From an uncultured Pseudomonadota bacterium (GTDB lineage: Bacteria; Pseudomonadota; Alphaproteobacteria; JACZXZ01), in assembly GCA_963749075.1 (NCBI GenBank), contig CAVVLJ010000020.1, positions 64,001 to 128,000 on the forward strand: a stretch of DNA of 64,000 bases. The letters are read 5' to 3'. Each line of letters starts with the position of its first letter. The first letter of the stretch is position 1. Shown here one piece after another: positions 1 to 11,707 of the stretch. Below the pieces are notes generated by a model. That model searched no databases and had not been told where the DNA came from. It saw nothing but the letters and a program-made list of their open reading frames with translations. Both the position numbers and the translations under genes were made by a program.

Positions 1-91
1 CGACCTCGTCGCCTTCCTTCAGCTTCAGCGCCGCGACGACGGAGGCGGGAAGGCGGATGGCGAGGCTGTTGCCCCATTTCGAGACCTGCAT
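1..91 (-). CDS. AbrB/MazE/SpoVT-family antitoxin, 5' part (runs off the window)
   Basis: Manual translation gives MQVSKWGNSLAIRLPASVVAALKLKEGDEV, with the KWGNSL-IRLP signature. A GAGGAG RBS lies upstream; an alternative ATG is at 97. Confidence 0.85.
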   Translation of the reverse strand, partial: MQVSKWGNSLAIRLPASVVAALKLKEGDEV

Positions 92-104
92 GGCCATGCT
101 CCTC

Positions 105-130
105 AGATATACATAGCGTCTTGTATATCT
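105..130. promoter_or_regulatory. Inverted-repeat operator upstream of the AbrB/MazE antitoxin
   Basis: AGATATACA-N8-TGTATATCT is a perfect 9-bp inverted repeat, AT-rich in a GC-rich context. Confidence 0.6.
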
Positions 131-260
131 AAGCGACGGCAGCGTCAAGAAGTTGGCTGGAACGCAGCGCGGCGGATGAATTGCCCAGACACTCGACTCG
201 GGCCCCGCGATCCGGCATCTTCGCGTCCGTGAGCGTCCTCCAGCATTCCGAGCGCCGGCC

Positions 261-3080
261 ATGAGTGGCGCCGCCAAAGCCGACCGCGAGTTCAAGCCGC
301 GCCACGTCTATCTGGTGGACGGCTCGGGCTACGTCTTCCGCGCCTTCCACGCGCTGCCGCCCATGACGCGGCCGGACGGCACGCCGGTCAATGCCGTCTT
401 CGGCTTCACCAACATGCTGATGAAGCTCCTCTCGGAGACCGACGCGGACTGCGTGGCGGTGATCTTCGATGCCGCGCGCGCCACCTTCCGCAGCGACATC
501 TACCCCGCCTACAAGGCGCAGCGTCCCGAGACGCCCGAGGAGCTCATCCCCCAGTTCCCTCTGGTGCGCGAGGCCGTGCTGGCCTTCAACCTGCCGGCCA
601 TCGAGCAGAGCGGCTACGAGGCCGACGACCTCATCGCCACTTACGCGCGGCTCGCGCGCGAGGCGGGTGCCAAGGTCACAATCGTCTCCTCGGACAAGGA
701 CCTCATGCAGCTCGTGCGCGACGGCATCGAGATGCTCGACCCGATCAAGCAGAAGCCGATCGGCCCCGCCGAGGTCAGGGAGAAGTTCGGCGTGCCGCCC
801 GAGAAGGTGGTGGACGTGCAGGCGCTCGCCGGCGATTCGGTCGACAACGTGCCCGGCGTCCCCGGCATCGGCGTCAAGACCGCGGCCCAGCTCATCGGCG
901 AGTACGGCGACCTCGAGACGCTTCTCAAGCGCGCCGGCGAGATCAAGCAGCCCAAGCGCCGCGAGGCGCTCATGAATTTCGCCGAGCAGGCGCGCATCTC
1001 GCGGAAGCTCGTCGAGCTCGAGGACCATGTGCCGCTCGAGGTGCCGCTCGCGGCACTCACCATGCGCGAGCCCGACCACGAGAAGCTCGTCGCCTTCCTC
1101 AAGGAGCAGTCCTTCCGCTCGATCCTGGCGCGCGTCGAGGGCCAGGCGGCGGCCAAGCCCGCAGCGCCGCAAGCCGCCAGGGACGCGGCGCCGGCGCCGC
1201 GTCCTGCGCCCGTCGCTCCGCCGCCCGCGGGCAAGAGCTACGAGCTCGTGCAGACGGAGGAGGCGCTTGCCTCCTGGGTGGAGCGCGCCCTTGCGGCCGG
1301 CACCGTCGCGGTCGATACGGAGACGACGTCGCTCGATGCGGTCGCGGCCCATCTCGTCGGCGTCTCGCTCTCCCTCGAGCCGGGGGGCGCCTGCTACATC
1401 CCCCTCGCCCACCGGCCGCCCCAGCGCCAGGCGACGCTCGACTTGGGCGGTGACGGCGGCCCGCGGGAGGCGCCGAAGCAGATCCCGCTCGAGCGCGCGC
1501 TCGCCATCCTCAAGCCCATGCTCGAGGACGACTCCACGCTCAAGATCGGCCACAACATCAAATACGACATGGTGGTGCTCGCCCGCTACGGCGTCGCGGT
1601 CACGCCGCTCGACGACACCATGCTGCTCTCCTACGTGCTCTCGGCCGGCCTCCACGGCCACGGCATGGACGAGCTCGCCAGGCTCCACCTCGGCCACGAG
1701 ACGATCAAATACAAGGACGTGACCGGCAGCGGCAAGGCGCAGATCGGCTTCGACGAGGTGCCCCTCGACAAGGCCTGCGACTATGCCGCCGAGGATGCCG
1801 ACGTGACGCTGCGCTTCCACCGGCTCTTGAAGCCCCAGCTCCTCGCCGAGCGCCTCGTCGCCGTCTACGAGAGGATCGAGCGGCCGCTCGTCCCCGTCCT
1901 CGTCGCCATGGAGCGCGAGGGCATCAAGGTCGACCGCGTCGAGCTCAAGCGCCTTTCGGAGGATTTCGCGGCGCGCCTCGTCGAGCTCGAGAAGGAGATC
2001 CACAGGCTCGCGGGCGAGAGCTTCAACGTGGGCTCGCCCAAGCAGCTCGGCGAGATACTCTTCGATCGCATGAGCCTGCAAGGCGGCAGGAAGGGCAAGA
2101 CCGGCGCCTACGTGACCGACGCCGACGTGCTCGAGGATCTCGCTGCCCAGGGCCACGACCTGCCGGCGCGCGTGCTCGACTGGCGCCAGCTCCAGAAGCT
2201 CAAGAGCACCTACGCCGACGCGCTCGTCGAAGAGATCAATCCCGAGACCGGCCGCGTCCACACCTCATACGGCATGGCGATCGCCTCGACGGGCCGCCTC
2301 TCCTCGACCGATCCCAACCTGCAGAACATCCCCGTGCGCACCGAGGAGGGCCGCCGCATCCGCCGCGCCTTCGTGGCCGAGGCGGGCTCCAAGCTCGTCT
2401 CGCTCGACTATTCGCAGATCGAGCTGCGCCTGCTTGCCCACGTCGCCAACATCGCGGCCCTCGAGCGCGCGTTCAAGGACGGCATCGACATCCATGCCTT
2501 GACCGCGAGCCAGGTCTTCGGCGTGCCGGTCGAGGGCATGGACCCGATGGTGAGGCGCAAGGCCAAGGCGATCAATTTCGGCATCGTCTACGGCATCAGC
2601 CCCTTCGGCTTGGCCCGCCAGCTCGGCATCCCGCAAGGCGAGGCGGCCAACTACATCAAGGCCTATTTCGCGCGCTATCCCGGCATCAAGGACTACATGG
2701 AGCGCACCAAGGAGCTCTGCCGCAAGCAGGGCTTCGTCACCACCGAGTTCGGGCGGCGCATCTATCTCAGCGGCATCAAGGACGCCAACCCGGCGCGGCG
2801 CGGCTTCGCCGAGCGCGCCGCCATCAACGCGCCCATCCAGGGCGGTGCCGCCGACATCATCAAGCGCGCCATGATCCGCGTCCCAGCGGCACTCGCCGCG
2901 GCCGGGCTAAAGGCGCGCATGCTGCTCCAGGTCCACGACGAGCTCCTCTTCGAGGTGCGCGAGGCGGAGGTCGAGGCGACGATCGCCGCCGTGCGCAAGG
3001 TGATGGAGGGGGCGGCGCAGCTCAAGGTGCCCCTCGTGGTCGATGCCGGCATCGGCGACAATTGGGCCGACGCGCATTGA
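261..3080 (+). CDS. polA: DNA polymerase I
   Basis: 5'-3' exonuclease (LVDGSGY..RAFHALP), 3'-5' exonuclease (DTETT) and polymerase motifs (DYSQIELR, KAINFGIVYG, LQVHDEL). Confidence 0.98.
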   Translation: MSGAAKADREFKPRHVYLVDGSGYVFRAFHALPPMTRPDGTPVNAVFGFTNMLMKLLSETDADCVAVIFDAARATFRSDIYPAYKAQRPETPEELIPQFPLVREAVLAFNLPAIEQSGYEADDLIATYARLAREAGAKVTIVSSDKDLMQLVRDGIEMLDPIKQKPIGPAEVREKFGVPPEKVVDVQALAGDSVDNVPGVPGIGVKTAAQLIGEYGDLETLLKRAGEIKQPKRREALMNFAEQARISRKLVELEDHVPLEVPLAALTMREPDHEKLVAFLKEQSFRSILARVEGQAAAKPAAPQAARDAAPAPRPAPVAPPPAGKSYELVQTEEALASWVERALAAGTVAVDTETTSLDAVAAHLVGVSLSLEPGGACYIPLAHRPPQRQATLDLGGDGGPREAPKQIPLERALAILKPMLEDDSTLKIGHNIKYDMVVLARYGVAVTPLDDTMLLSYVLSAGLHGHGMDELARLHLGHETIKYKDVTGSGKAQIGFDEVPLDKACDYAAEDADVTLRFHRLLKPQLLAERLVAVYERIERPLVPVLVAMEREGIKVDRVELKRLSEDFAARLVELEKEIHRLAGESFNVGSPKQLGEILFDRMSLQGGRKGKTGAYVTDADVLEDLAAQGHDLPARVLDWRQLQKLKSTYADALVEEINPETGRVHTSYGMAIASTGRLSSTDPNLQNIPVRTEEGRRIRRAFVAEAGSKLVSLDYSQIELRLLAHVANIAALERAFKDGIDIHALTASQVFGVPVEGMDPMVRRKAKAINFGIVYGISPFGLARQLGIPQGEAANYIKAYFARYPGIKDYMERTKELCRKQGFVTTEFGRRIYLSGIKDANPARRGFAERAAINAPIQGGAADIIKRAMIRVPAALAAAGLKARMLLQVHDELLFEVREAEVEATIAAVRKVMEGAAQLKVPLVVDAGIGDNWADAH

Positions 3081-3135
3081 GGCGAAACGGCAAGCCTTCA
3101 CGGCATCTTTCCAGGACGCATGCAAAGCCGTCGTA

Positions 3136-3249
3136 GGTCCTTCGAGACGCGCCCCTTTCGGGGCGCTCCTCAGGATGAGAAAAATCGCGTGTGGCAAAAA
3201 GACTTTAACTCATCCTGAGGAGCGAGCGCAGCGAGCGTCTCGAAGGACC
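3136..3249. repeat. Inverted pair of REP-like palindromic units
   Basis: GGTCCTTCGAGACGC..GCTCCTCAGGATGAG and its inverse CTCATCCTGAGGAGC..GCGTCTCGAAGGACC lie around an AT-rich spacer between convergent genes. Confidence 0.8.
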
Positions 3250-3313
3250 CACCGCAGCCGGTCCGAGGCGCCTTTGGGACGACGGTGCCTGGAGGCGTCG
3301 CAGCTCCGCTCCT

Positions 3314-3898
3314 TCACGCCCCACCGATGCTGCGCGCGGCGACCGCTGCCATGAGCAGCGAGACCCCGAAGAAGACCATGTTGATGCCGACGAGGAGGCC
3401 GATCGCCCACACGGCCGTGCTCGGCCAGCCGCCCCAGATGAGGGCGGCGAGCAAGAGATCGACGAGGCCGCTGAAGAGGGTCCAGCCCCAGTGGCGGAGG
3501 TGCGGGCGGAATTCGAGTGCTATGAGGATGGCGCCGATACCCTCGAAGATGAACAGCACCACCAGCACGATGGTCAGCGTCAAGACGCCCTCGAGCGGCC
3601 GCAGGATGAGCAGCAGGCCCAAGACGAGCGCCAAGAGGGCGGTCAAGAGCGACCACCAATATCCCGGCAGCGCCCGGGCGCGCCACACGGAGAGCGCGCG
3701 CAAGACGCCGCCGATGACGAAGAGCCAGCCGACGAAGAGCTCCACGGCCAGCGTCGCGAGATTGGGCAGTGCCACCGCGACGAGCCCGAGGATGATCATG
3801 AGGATCCCCTGCACGAGGAAGAATTTCCAATGGGCGTGGAGCGCCACTTTGATGTGAACCTGCAGGCTGCCGATATCGGGCTCCGTCTGGTTGCTCAT
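3314..3898 (-). CDS. HdeD/DUF308-family membrane protein
   Basis: Six hydrophobic segments; W..FL..GIL.IILG..A..P and WAIGLLVGIN motifs. Confidence 0.85.
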   Translation of the reverse strand: MSNQTEPDIGSLQVHIKVALHAHWKFFLVQGILMIILGLVAVALPNLATLAVELFVGWLFVIGGVLRALSVWRARALPGYWWSLLTALLALVLGLLLILRPLEGVLTLTIVLVVLFIFEGIGAILIALEFRPHLRHWGWTLFSGLVDLLLAALIWGGWPSTAVWAIGLLVGINMVFFGVSLLMAAVAARSIGGA

Positions 3899-3932
3899 CC
3901 GCCGCCTCCTGCCGTTGCCGCGTGCCGCGCGC

Positions 3933-4301
3933 CTAGAGGCGCCGCAGTACGCGCTCGACCGTCTTGGGCGCACGCTCGATCATGGCGAGGAGGAGACGCG
4001 CCGGCCGGTCCGGCTGGGCGCGGCCCTGCTCCCACTCTTGAACCGTGCGTGTCGAGAAGCCGTATTTGAGCGCGAAGGCCCTCTGGGAGAGCCGCAGCCG
4101 CCGCCGGATCGCCCGCACGTCGACCGCCGCAGGCGGCATCACCAGGCGGGCGTTCTTGAGGTCGCTGGCCGAGAGGGTTGGATGCCCGTCCTCGATCGCC
4201 TGACGCTCGATCTCCTCTTCCGTCGTGGCGTTCACGCGCTTCCAGTCAATTCTCGGTTTTCTCCTCGCGAGGTCCGCTAGCGACATCCTGACGATAGGCA
4301 T
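3933..4301 (-). CDS. XRE-type HTH antitoxin
   Basis: C-terminal DVRAIRRRLRLSQRAFA..YGFS.RTVQEWEQGR..P; overlaps the upstream toxin gene. Confidence 0.8.
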   Translation of the reverse strand: MPIVRMSLADLARRKPRIDWKRVNATTEEEIERQAIEDGHPTLSASDLKNARLVMPPAAVDVRAIRRRLRLSQRAFALKYGFSTRTVQEWEQGRAQPDRPARLLLAMIERAPKTVERVLRRL

Positions 4302-4545
4302 CTCGTTCCCTCCTGTTGGCGATGCGCGCCGAGATGATGCGGCGCGTGCCGCCCCGCCATGTGTACACCACTGCCAGAATGGAGCCGGCGAGCTCGCCAA
4401 TGGCGATGATGCGCCGCTCGCCATAGTCCCGGCGCGTGTCGTCGAACTCGAGGACCGCGCCCTCAAATAGATCGATCGCGACTTCGAACCCAAAGCCGCG
4501 CTCGCGCCGGTTCCGCTCGCTCTTGGCCTCGTCCCATTCGAACAT
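4246..4545 (-). CDS. BrnT (DUF497)-family ribonuclease toxin
   Basis: FEWDEAK...N, DYGERR and RIISAR.AN.RER motifs. Confidence 0.9.
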   Translation of the reverse strand: MFEWDEAKSERNRRERGFGFEVAIDLFEGAVLEFDDTRRDYGERRIIAIGELAGSILAVVYTWRGGTRRIISARIANRRERDAYRQDVASGPREEKTEN

Positions 4546-4677
4546 ACGGGATTAACGTATACCAAACGGAGCCTTCCTTGTCGAGCGCCCGCCGCGCGCG
4601 CGCCCCTTCCGCTTTGACCTTTGCCGCCCCTTGTGGTTCATTCGGCCCCCTCAAGGGCAACCCCGCGAAAGAGCGCC

Positions 4678-5913
4678 ATGAGCCAGGCCAAGCCGCGACC
4701 GCAAGACCAGCCGAACACCTACCGTGCCGGTGCCGACGAGCGCGGCCATTTCGGCATTTACGGCGGGCGCTTCGTGGCCGAGACGCTGATGCCGCTCGTC
4801 CTCGAGCTCGAGGCGGCCTACCGGGCGGCGAGTGCGGATCCCGGCTTCGAGCGCGAGCTCAAAGGCTATCTCTCGCACTATGTCGGTCGGCCGAGCCCGC
4901 TCACCCTCGCGGAGCGCCTGAGCGCCGGGCTCGGCGGCGCCCGCATCTATTTGAAGCGCGAGGACCTCAACCACACCGGCGCCCACAAGATCAACAACTG
5001 CATGGGGCAGATCCTGCTGGCGCGGCGCATGGGCAAGCGCCGTATCATCGCCGAGACGGGCGCCGGCCAGCACGGCGTCGCCGCCGCCACGGCGGCAGCA
5101 CTCTTCGGCCTGCCCTGCACGGTCTATATGGGCGCCGTCGACATCGAGCGCCAGAAGCCCAACGTCTTCCGCATGCGCCTCCTGGGCGCCGAGGTGCGCC
5201 CGGTCACCTCCGGCTCCGCCACCTTGAAGGACGCCATGAACGAGGCGCTGCGCGACTGGGTGGCGAACGTCGAGGACACCTATTACCTGATCGGCACGGT
5301 GGCAGGGCCGCACCCCTACCCGACCTTGGTGCGCGACTTCCAGCTCGTCATCGGCAACGAGGTGCGCGAGCAGATCATGGCGGCCGAGGGAAGGCTGCCG
5401 GACACCCTCGTCGCCTGCGTCGGCGGCGGCTCAAATGCGATCGGCCTCTTCCATCCCTTCCTCGACGAGCCGGGCGTCGCCATCCACGGCGTCGAGGCGG
5501 CGGGCGAGGGTCTCGAGACCGGCCGCCATGCCGCCTCCATGAGCGGCGGCCGGCCCGGCGTGCTGCACGGCAACCGCACCTATCTCCTGCAGGACGCCGA
5601 CGGGCAGATCACCGAGGCGCATTCCATCTCGGCCGGTCTCGACTATCCCGGCGTCGGGCCCGAGCATGCCTGGCTCAAGGACACGGGCCGCGTCCAATAT
5701 GTGGCGATCACCGACCGCGAGGCGCTCGATGCCTTCCAGCAGCTCAGCCGCCTCGAGGGCATCATCCCGGCGCTCGAATCCGCCCACGCCCTCGCCCATG
5801 TGGGCAAGATCGCACCCGCGCTTCCCCGCGGCCACCTCATCGTCGTCTGCCTCTCGGGCCGGGGCGACAAGGACATCTTCACGGTCGCCGACCATCTCGG
5901 CGCCAAGCTATGA
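4678..5913 (+). CDS. trpB: Tryptophan synthase beta chain
   Basis: [15 protein letters not shown] (PLP lysine), [24 protein letters not shown]. Confidence 0.98.
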   Translation: MSQAKPRPQDQPNTYRAGADERGHFGIYGGRFVAETLMPLVLELEAAYRAASADPGFERELKGYLSHYVGRPSPLTLAERLSAGLGGARIYLKREDLNHTGAHKINNCMGQILLARRMGKRRIIAETGAGQHGVAAATAAALFGLPCTVYMGAVDIERQKPNVFRMRLLGAEVRPVTSGSATLKDAMNEALRDWVANVEDTYYLIGTVAGPHPYPTLVRDFQLVIGNEVREQIMAAEGRLPDTLVACVGGGSNAIGLFHPFLDEPGVAIHGVEAAGEGLETGRHAASMSGGRPGVLHGNRTYLLQDADGQITEAHSISAGLDYPGVGPEHAWLKDTGRVQYVAITDREALDAFQQLSRLEGIIPALESAHALAHVGKIAPALPRGHLIVVCLSGRGDKDIFTVADHLGAKL

Positions 5914-6767
5914 GCGGGCTCGCCGGCAACCGCATCGCGAGCCGCTTTGCACGGCTCACGAGCGAGGGCCGCGCCGGCCTCGTCACCTTCATCACCGCGG
6001 GCGATCCCGACCGCGAGAGCTCGCTTAAGCTCCTCGAGGCGCTGCCGGCCGCCGGCGCCGACCTCATCGAGCTCGGCATGCCGTTCTCCGATCCCATGGC
6101 CAACGGACCGGCGATCCAGGCGGCGGGTCTGCGCGCGCTCAAGGCCGGCATGACCCTGGCCGGCGTGCTCGCACTCGTGCGCGGCTTCCGCGCGCGCGAC
6201 GCCGAGACGCCGGTCATCCTCATGGGCTACTACAACCCGATCTACAGCTACGGCAACGAGCGTTTCGTGCGCGAGGCGGCTGCCGCCGGCGTCGACGGGC
6301 TCATCGTCGTCGATCTGCCGCCCGAGGAGGACGCGGAGCTGCGTCCGCTCGCCGAGGCCGCGGGCATTGCCTCGATCCGCCTCGTCGCCCCCACGACCGG
6401 CGAGGCGCGGCTCGCGACCCTCCTCGAGGACGCCGGCGGCTTCGTCTATTACGTTGCCATCACCGGCATCACCGGCACGCGAAGCGCCGTGCTCGGCCAG
6501 GTCGAGGCGGCGATAGCACGCCTGCGCGCGCATACCGAGCTTCCCATCGCCGTCGGCTTCGGCATCAAGACGCCCGAGGACGCCGCCGGCTTCGCGCGCT
6601 TCGCCGATGCGGCGGTGGTGGGCTCGTCCCTCGTGCAGGTCATCGCGTCGGCACTCGATGCCACCGGCAAGACGACGCCGGGTCTGCTGCCCGCGGCACT
6701 CGCCTTCGTGCGGCGGCTCGCGGAGGGCGTGCGCGGTGCGCGGAAAAAGGCCGAGGCCGCGTCGTGA
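5910..6767 (+). CDS. trpA: Tryptophan synthase alpha chain (Asn at the catalytic Asp60 position)
   Basis: [32 protein letters not shown]; ATGA overlap with trpB. Confidence 0.95.
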   Translation: MSGLAGNRIASRFARLTSEGRAGLVTFITAGDPDRESSLKLLEALPAAGADLIELGMPFSDPMANGPAIQAAGLRALKAGMTLAGVLALVRGFRARDAETPVILMGYYNPIYSYGNERFVREAAAAGVDGLIVVDLPPEEDAELRPLAEAAGIASIRLVAPTTGEARLATLLEDAGGFVYYVAITGITGTRSAVLGQVEAAIARLRAHTELPIAVGFGIKTPEDAAGFARFADAAVVGSSLVQVIASALDATGKTTPGLLPAALAFVRRLAEGVRGARKKAEAAS

Positions 6768-7678
6768 ACTGGCTCACCAACTTCGTACGGCCGCGCATCC
6801 GGGCGCTCGTCCAGAAGGCCGAGGTGACCGACAAGCTGTGGCAGAAGTGCCCGCAGTGCGGCCAGATGATCTTCCACCGCGAGCTCGAGGCCAACCTCAA
6901 CGTCTGCCCGCATTGCGGCCACCACATGCGGCTCGCGGCCGAGCAGCGCCTCGCCATGCTCTTCGACGAGGGCCAGTACCACCGCATCGAGCTGCCCAGG
7001 ACCGCGGCCGACCCCCTCAAGTTCCGCGACGTGAAGCGTTATTCCGACCGCCTCAAGGAGGCGCAGGCGAAGACCGGGCTCGCCGATGCCATCATCGTGG
7101 CGCACGGCCGCATGGGCGGGCTGCCGGTCGTCGTGGCCGCCTTCGAGTTCGCCTTCCAGGGCGGCTCCATGGGCATCGCGGTGGGCGAGGCGCTCGTCGC
7201 CGCGGCCAGGCTCGCCATCCTCCAGCAGGCCGCACTCGTCGCGGTGCCCGCCTCGGGCGGGGCGCGCATGCAGGAGGGCATCCTCTCCCTCATGCAGATG
7301 CCGCGCACGGTGATCGCGGCCGAGCAGATGCGCGAGGCGGGCCTGCCCTACCTCGTCGTGCTCAGCGACCCGACGACGGGCGGCGTCTCCGCCTCCTTCG
7401 CCATGCTGGGCGACATCCAGCTCGCCGAGCCCGGCGCCGTCATCGGCTTTGCCGGCGCCCGCGTCATCGAGGAGACCATCAAGGAGAAGCTGCCCGAGGG
7501 CTTCCAGCGCGCCGAGCATCTCCTCGAGCACGGCATGGTCGACATGGTGGTGCCGCGCGCCGAGTTGCGCGACACCATCGTGCGCATCTTGAGCCTGCTC
7601 ATGAACCGCCAGCCCCCCGCCCCCGTCGTGCCGCTGCCGGCGGCGCAGGCAGGCAAAGGTGCCGCTCCAGCCGAGTGA
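6764..7678 (+). CDS. accD: Acetyl-CoA carboxylase carboxyltransferase beta subunit
   Basis: Zn finger [33 protein letters not shown]. Confidence 0.97.
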   Translation: MNWLTNFVRPRIRALVQKAEVTDKLWQKCPQCGQMIFHRELEANLNVCPHCGHHMRLAAEQRLAMLFDEGQYHRIELPRTAADPLKFRDVKRYSDRLKEAQAKTGLADAIIVAHGRMGGLPVVVAAFEFAFQGGSMGIAVGEALVAAARLAILQQAALVAVPASGGARMQEGILSLMQMPRTVIAAEQMREAGLPYLVVLSDPTTGGVSASFAMLGDIQLAEPGAVIGFAGARVIEETIKEKLPEGFQRAEHLLEHGMVDMVVPRAELRDTIVRILSLLMNRQPPAPVVPLPAAQAGKGAAPAE

Positions 7679-8957
7679 CCTGGTCCTCGAGCGCCTGCTG
7701 GCGCTCCACCCCAAGCTCATCGACCTCTCGCTCGGGCGGGTCGAGCGCCTCCTCGAGCGCCTGGGCCATCCCGAGCACCGCCTGGCACCCGTCGTCCACG
7801 TGGCAGGCACCAACGGCAAGGGCTCGACGATCGCCTTCCTCTCGGCCATCCTCGAAGCGGCCGGCTACAGGGTGCAGGCCTATACCTCGCCGCATCTCGT
7901 ACGCTTCGCCGAGCGCATTCGGCTCGTGGGCGGCATCATCGACGACCGCCGTCTGACCGCACTTCTCGAGGAGTGCGAGCGCGCGAACGGCGGCGAGCCC
8001 ATCACCTTCTTCGAGATCACCACCGCCGCCGCCTTCCTCGCCTTCTCGCGCGAGGCGGCGGATGCACTCCTCCTCGAGGTGGGCCTCGGCGGCAGGCTCG
8101 ACGCCACCAACGTGGTGAGGACGCCCGAGCTCTCGCTCATCACGCCCATCTCGATCGACCACACCGAGCACCTCGGCGACACCATCGAGAAGATCGCCTT
8201 CGAGAAGGCCGGCATCCTCAAGCCGGGCGTGGGTGCTGCGATCGGGCCGCAAATGGCGGGAGCGATGGGCGTCATCGAGGCGCAAGCCGAGCATGTCGGA
8301 GCGCCGCTCCACCGCCACGGGCGGGAATGGAGCATCGAAGCGGAGGGCGGCGGCCTGCATTACCGCGGCCGCCATTGGCGCCTCGCATTGCCGCGGCCGG
8401 CACTCGTCGGCGCCCACCAGGTCGAGAACGCGGGCCTCGCGGTTGCCGCGGCCGAGCGGCTCGAGCGCTTCCGCATCGCACCCGAGCACTTGGCCGCCGG
8501 CCTGACGCGCGTCCAATGGCCGGCGCGCCTCCAGCGCCTTAAGCGCGGGCCGCTCGTGGCGGCACTACCCGGGCCGGGCTGGGAGCTCTGGCTCGACGGC
8601 GGCAAGGCCAACGCCGCCGCCGGCGAGGTACTCGCCGCCATGGCGCGCGAATGGTGCGACCGCCCGCTCGGCCTCGTGGTCGGCATGCTGAGCAACAAGG
8701 CGGCCGAGCAGTTCCTAGCTCCCCTCGCAGCCTACGCCGCCGTCCTCCGCACCGTCGCCATCCCGGGCGAGAAGAACAGCATGACCGCCGCCGCCGCCGC
8801 CCAGCACGCGCGCGCCGTGGGGCACGGCACGGCGCAACCCTCGGCAGACGCGCTCGCCGCGGTCAAGGAAGTCGCGGCTACGCTTCCGCGCCCGAGCCGC
8901 ATCCTCATCTGCGGCTCGCTCTACCTCGCCGGCCGGGTGCTGGCGGAGAATGGGTGA
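7659..8957 (+). CDS. folC: Folylpolyglutamate/dihydrofolate synthase
   Basis: [37 protein letters not shown]. Confidence 0.96.
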   Translation: MPLQPSDLVLERLLALHPKLIDLSLGRVERLLERLGHPEHRLAPVVHVAGTNGKGSTIAFLSAILEAAGYRVQAYTSPHLVRFAERIRLVGGIIDDRRLTALLEECERANGGEPITFFEITTAAAFLAFSREAADALLLEVGLGGRLDATNVVRTPELSLITPISIDHTEHLGDTIEKIAFEKAGILKPGVGAAIGPQMAGAMGVIEAQAEHVGAPLHRHGREWSIEAEGGGLHYRGRHWRLALPRPALVGAHQVENAGLAVAAAERLERFRIAPEHLAAGLTRVQWPARLQRLKRGPLVAALPGPGWELWLDGGKANAAAGEVLAAMAREWCDRPLGLVVGMLSNKAAEQFLAPLAAYAAVLRTVAIPGEKNSMTAAAAAQHARAVGHGTAQPSADALAAVKEVAATLPRPSRILICGSLYLAGRVLAENG

Positions 8958-8970
8958 GCGGCGGGGCGAG

Positions 8971-9111
8971 CATCCCCTCACCCAACTACGGGTAAGGCTC
9001 GGCTTCGCCTCGCCAACCCTCCGTATCCCTCTCCCCTTAAAAGGGGAGAGGGTTGCGCAGGCTTACCCCCGGGCTTGACCCGGGGGTTAGCCGGAGCTGG
9101 GTGAGGGGATG
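8971..9111. repeat. 141-bp MITE/REP-like element with 17-bp terminal inverted repeats and three internal hairpins
   Basis: CATCCCCTCACCCAACT ... AGCTGGGTGAGGGGATG (one mismatch); internal CCCTCTCCCC-TTAAAA-GGGGAGAGGG and CCCCCGGG-CTTGA-CCCGGGGG. Confidence 0.8.
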
Positions 9112-9113
9112 GG

Positions 9114-10991
<1,878 letters not shown>

Positions 10992-11051
10992 TCATGTCAC
11001 GATACTCGGCGGCTGGCAAACTCCTCGAACGAAGCTACGGCCCCGGCGCTC

Positions 11052-11105
11052 TCAGAGCGCCGGGCCGATAAGAAGGAGTCCGAGCTTCCGGCCGGTTCGC
11101 GACAT
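11052..11105 (-). promoter_or_regulatory. Leucine-rich leader peptide upstream of leuA (MSRTGRKLGLLLIGPAL*)
   Basis: Read manually: ATG TCG CGA ACC GGC CGG AAG CTC GGA CTC CTT CTT ATC GGC CCG GCG CTC TGA. The stop codon sits at the apex of a GC hairpin. Confidence 0.7.
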
Positions 11106-11153
11106 GGCACTTAAGCTAGGGGTGAAGGGGCCGAAGGTCAAGCGTCCTCTCCC

Positions 11154-11618
11154 TTAGCGGTGCAGCGAGAGGCCCTTGAGCACCTTGTCCGCGGCCTTGC
11201 GCTCGGCGCGGAAGGCGATGCCGGCGAGGTTGAGCGCCTCGCGCGGGAAGCGCTTCACCGCGGCCCGATTGTCGTCGTCGTTGCCGGTCGCGAAGAGCTC
11301 TTGCGTGAAAATCGCCATGGGGATGTTGCGCGCAAAGGCGCGCTCGTGGGCGGCGCGCACCCCTTCGGCCGAGCCGGCGAAGACCAGCACGGGCTGGCGG
11401 AACATCGCGAGATAGGCATTGCCCGAGGCGTCGCCGTAGGGGGCACCCATGACGCCCGGCTCGCCTCCTGCTATGGCGCTCGCGAGGAAGGCGGTGACGT
11501 TGAGCTTCTGCCACACCGCGAGGTCCTCGCGGAGCAGAATCGCGATCTTGCTGTCGAACCGCACGCGCGGCACGGCTTCGCTGCCCGCTTCCGCCGCGGC
11601 GTCTTCCTCTCCGACCAT
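11154..11618 (-). CDS. DUF2000-family protein
   Basis: FDSKIAILLREDLAVWQKLNVTAFL, FATGNDDDNRAAV. Confidence 0.8.
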   Translation of the reverse strand: MVGEEDAAAEAGSEAVPRVRFDSKIAILLREDLAVWQKLNVTAFLASAIAGGEPGVMGAPYGDASGNAYLAMFRQPVLVFAGSAEGVRAAHERAFARNIPMAIFTQELFATGNDDDNRAAVKRFPREALNLAGIAFRAERKAADKVLKGLSLHR

Positions 11619-11707
11619 GGCCGTCCTCCGCGCGCTGCCGAGACGCCACTCTGGCATGCGCCGGGAGTCTGGTATTGTACCGCGTTGCGCGATCGAGCGG
11701 CGGGGCG

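Noticed and set aside
129-2261. Long antisense and alternate-frame ORFs over core genes (also 22242-24956, 30400-32229, 40460-42550, 59970-62096)
   Set aside because: These are shadow ORFs expected from very high GC3. They have no recognisable motifs and overlap confidently identified genes.
4578-6767. 729-aa ORF suggesting an extended TrpA
   Set aside because: The upstream part overlaps trpB in another frame. TrpA starts at 5910.
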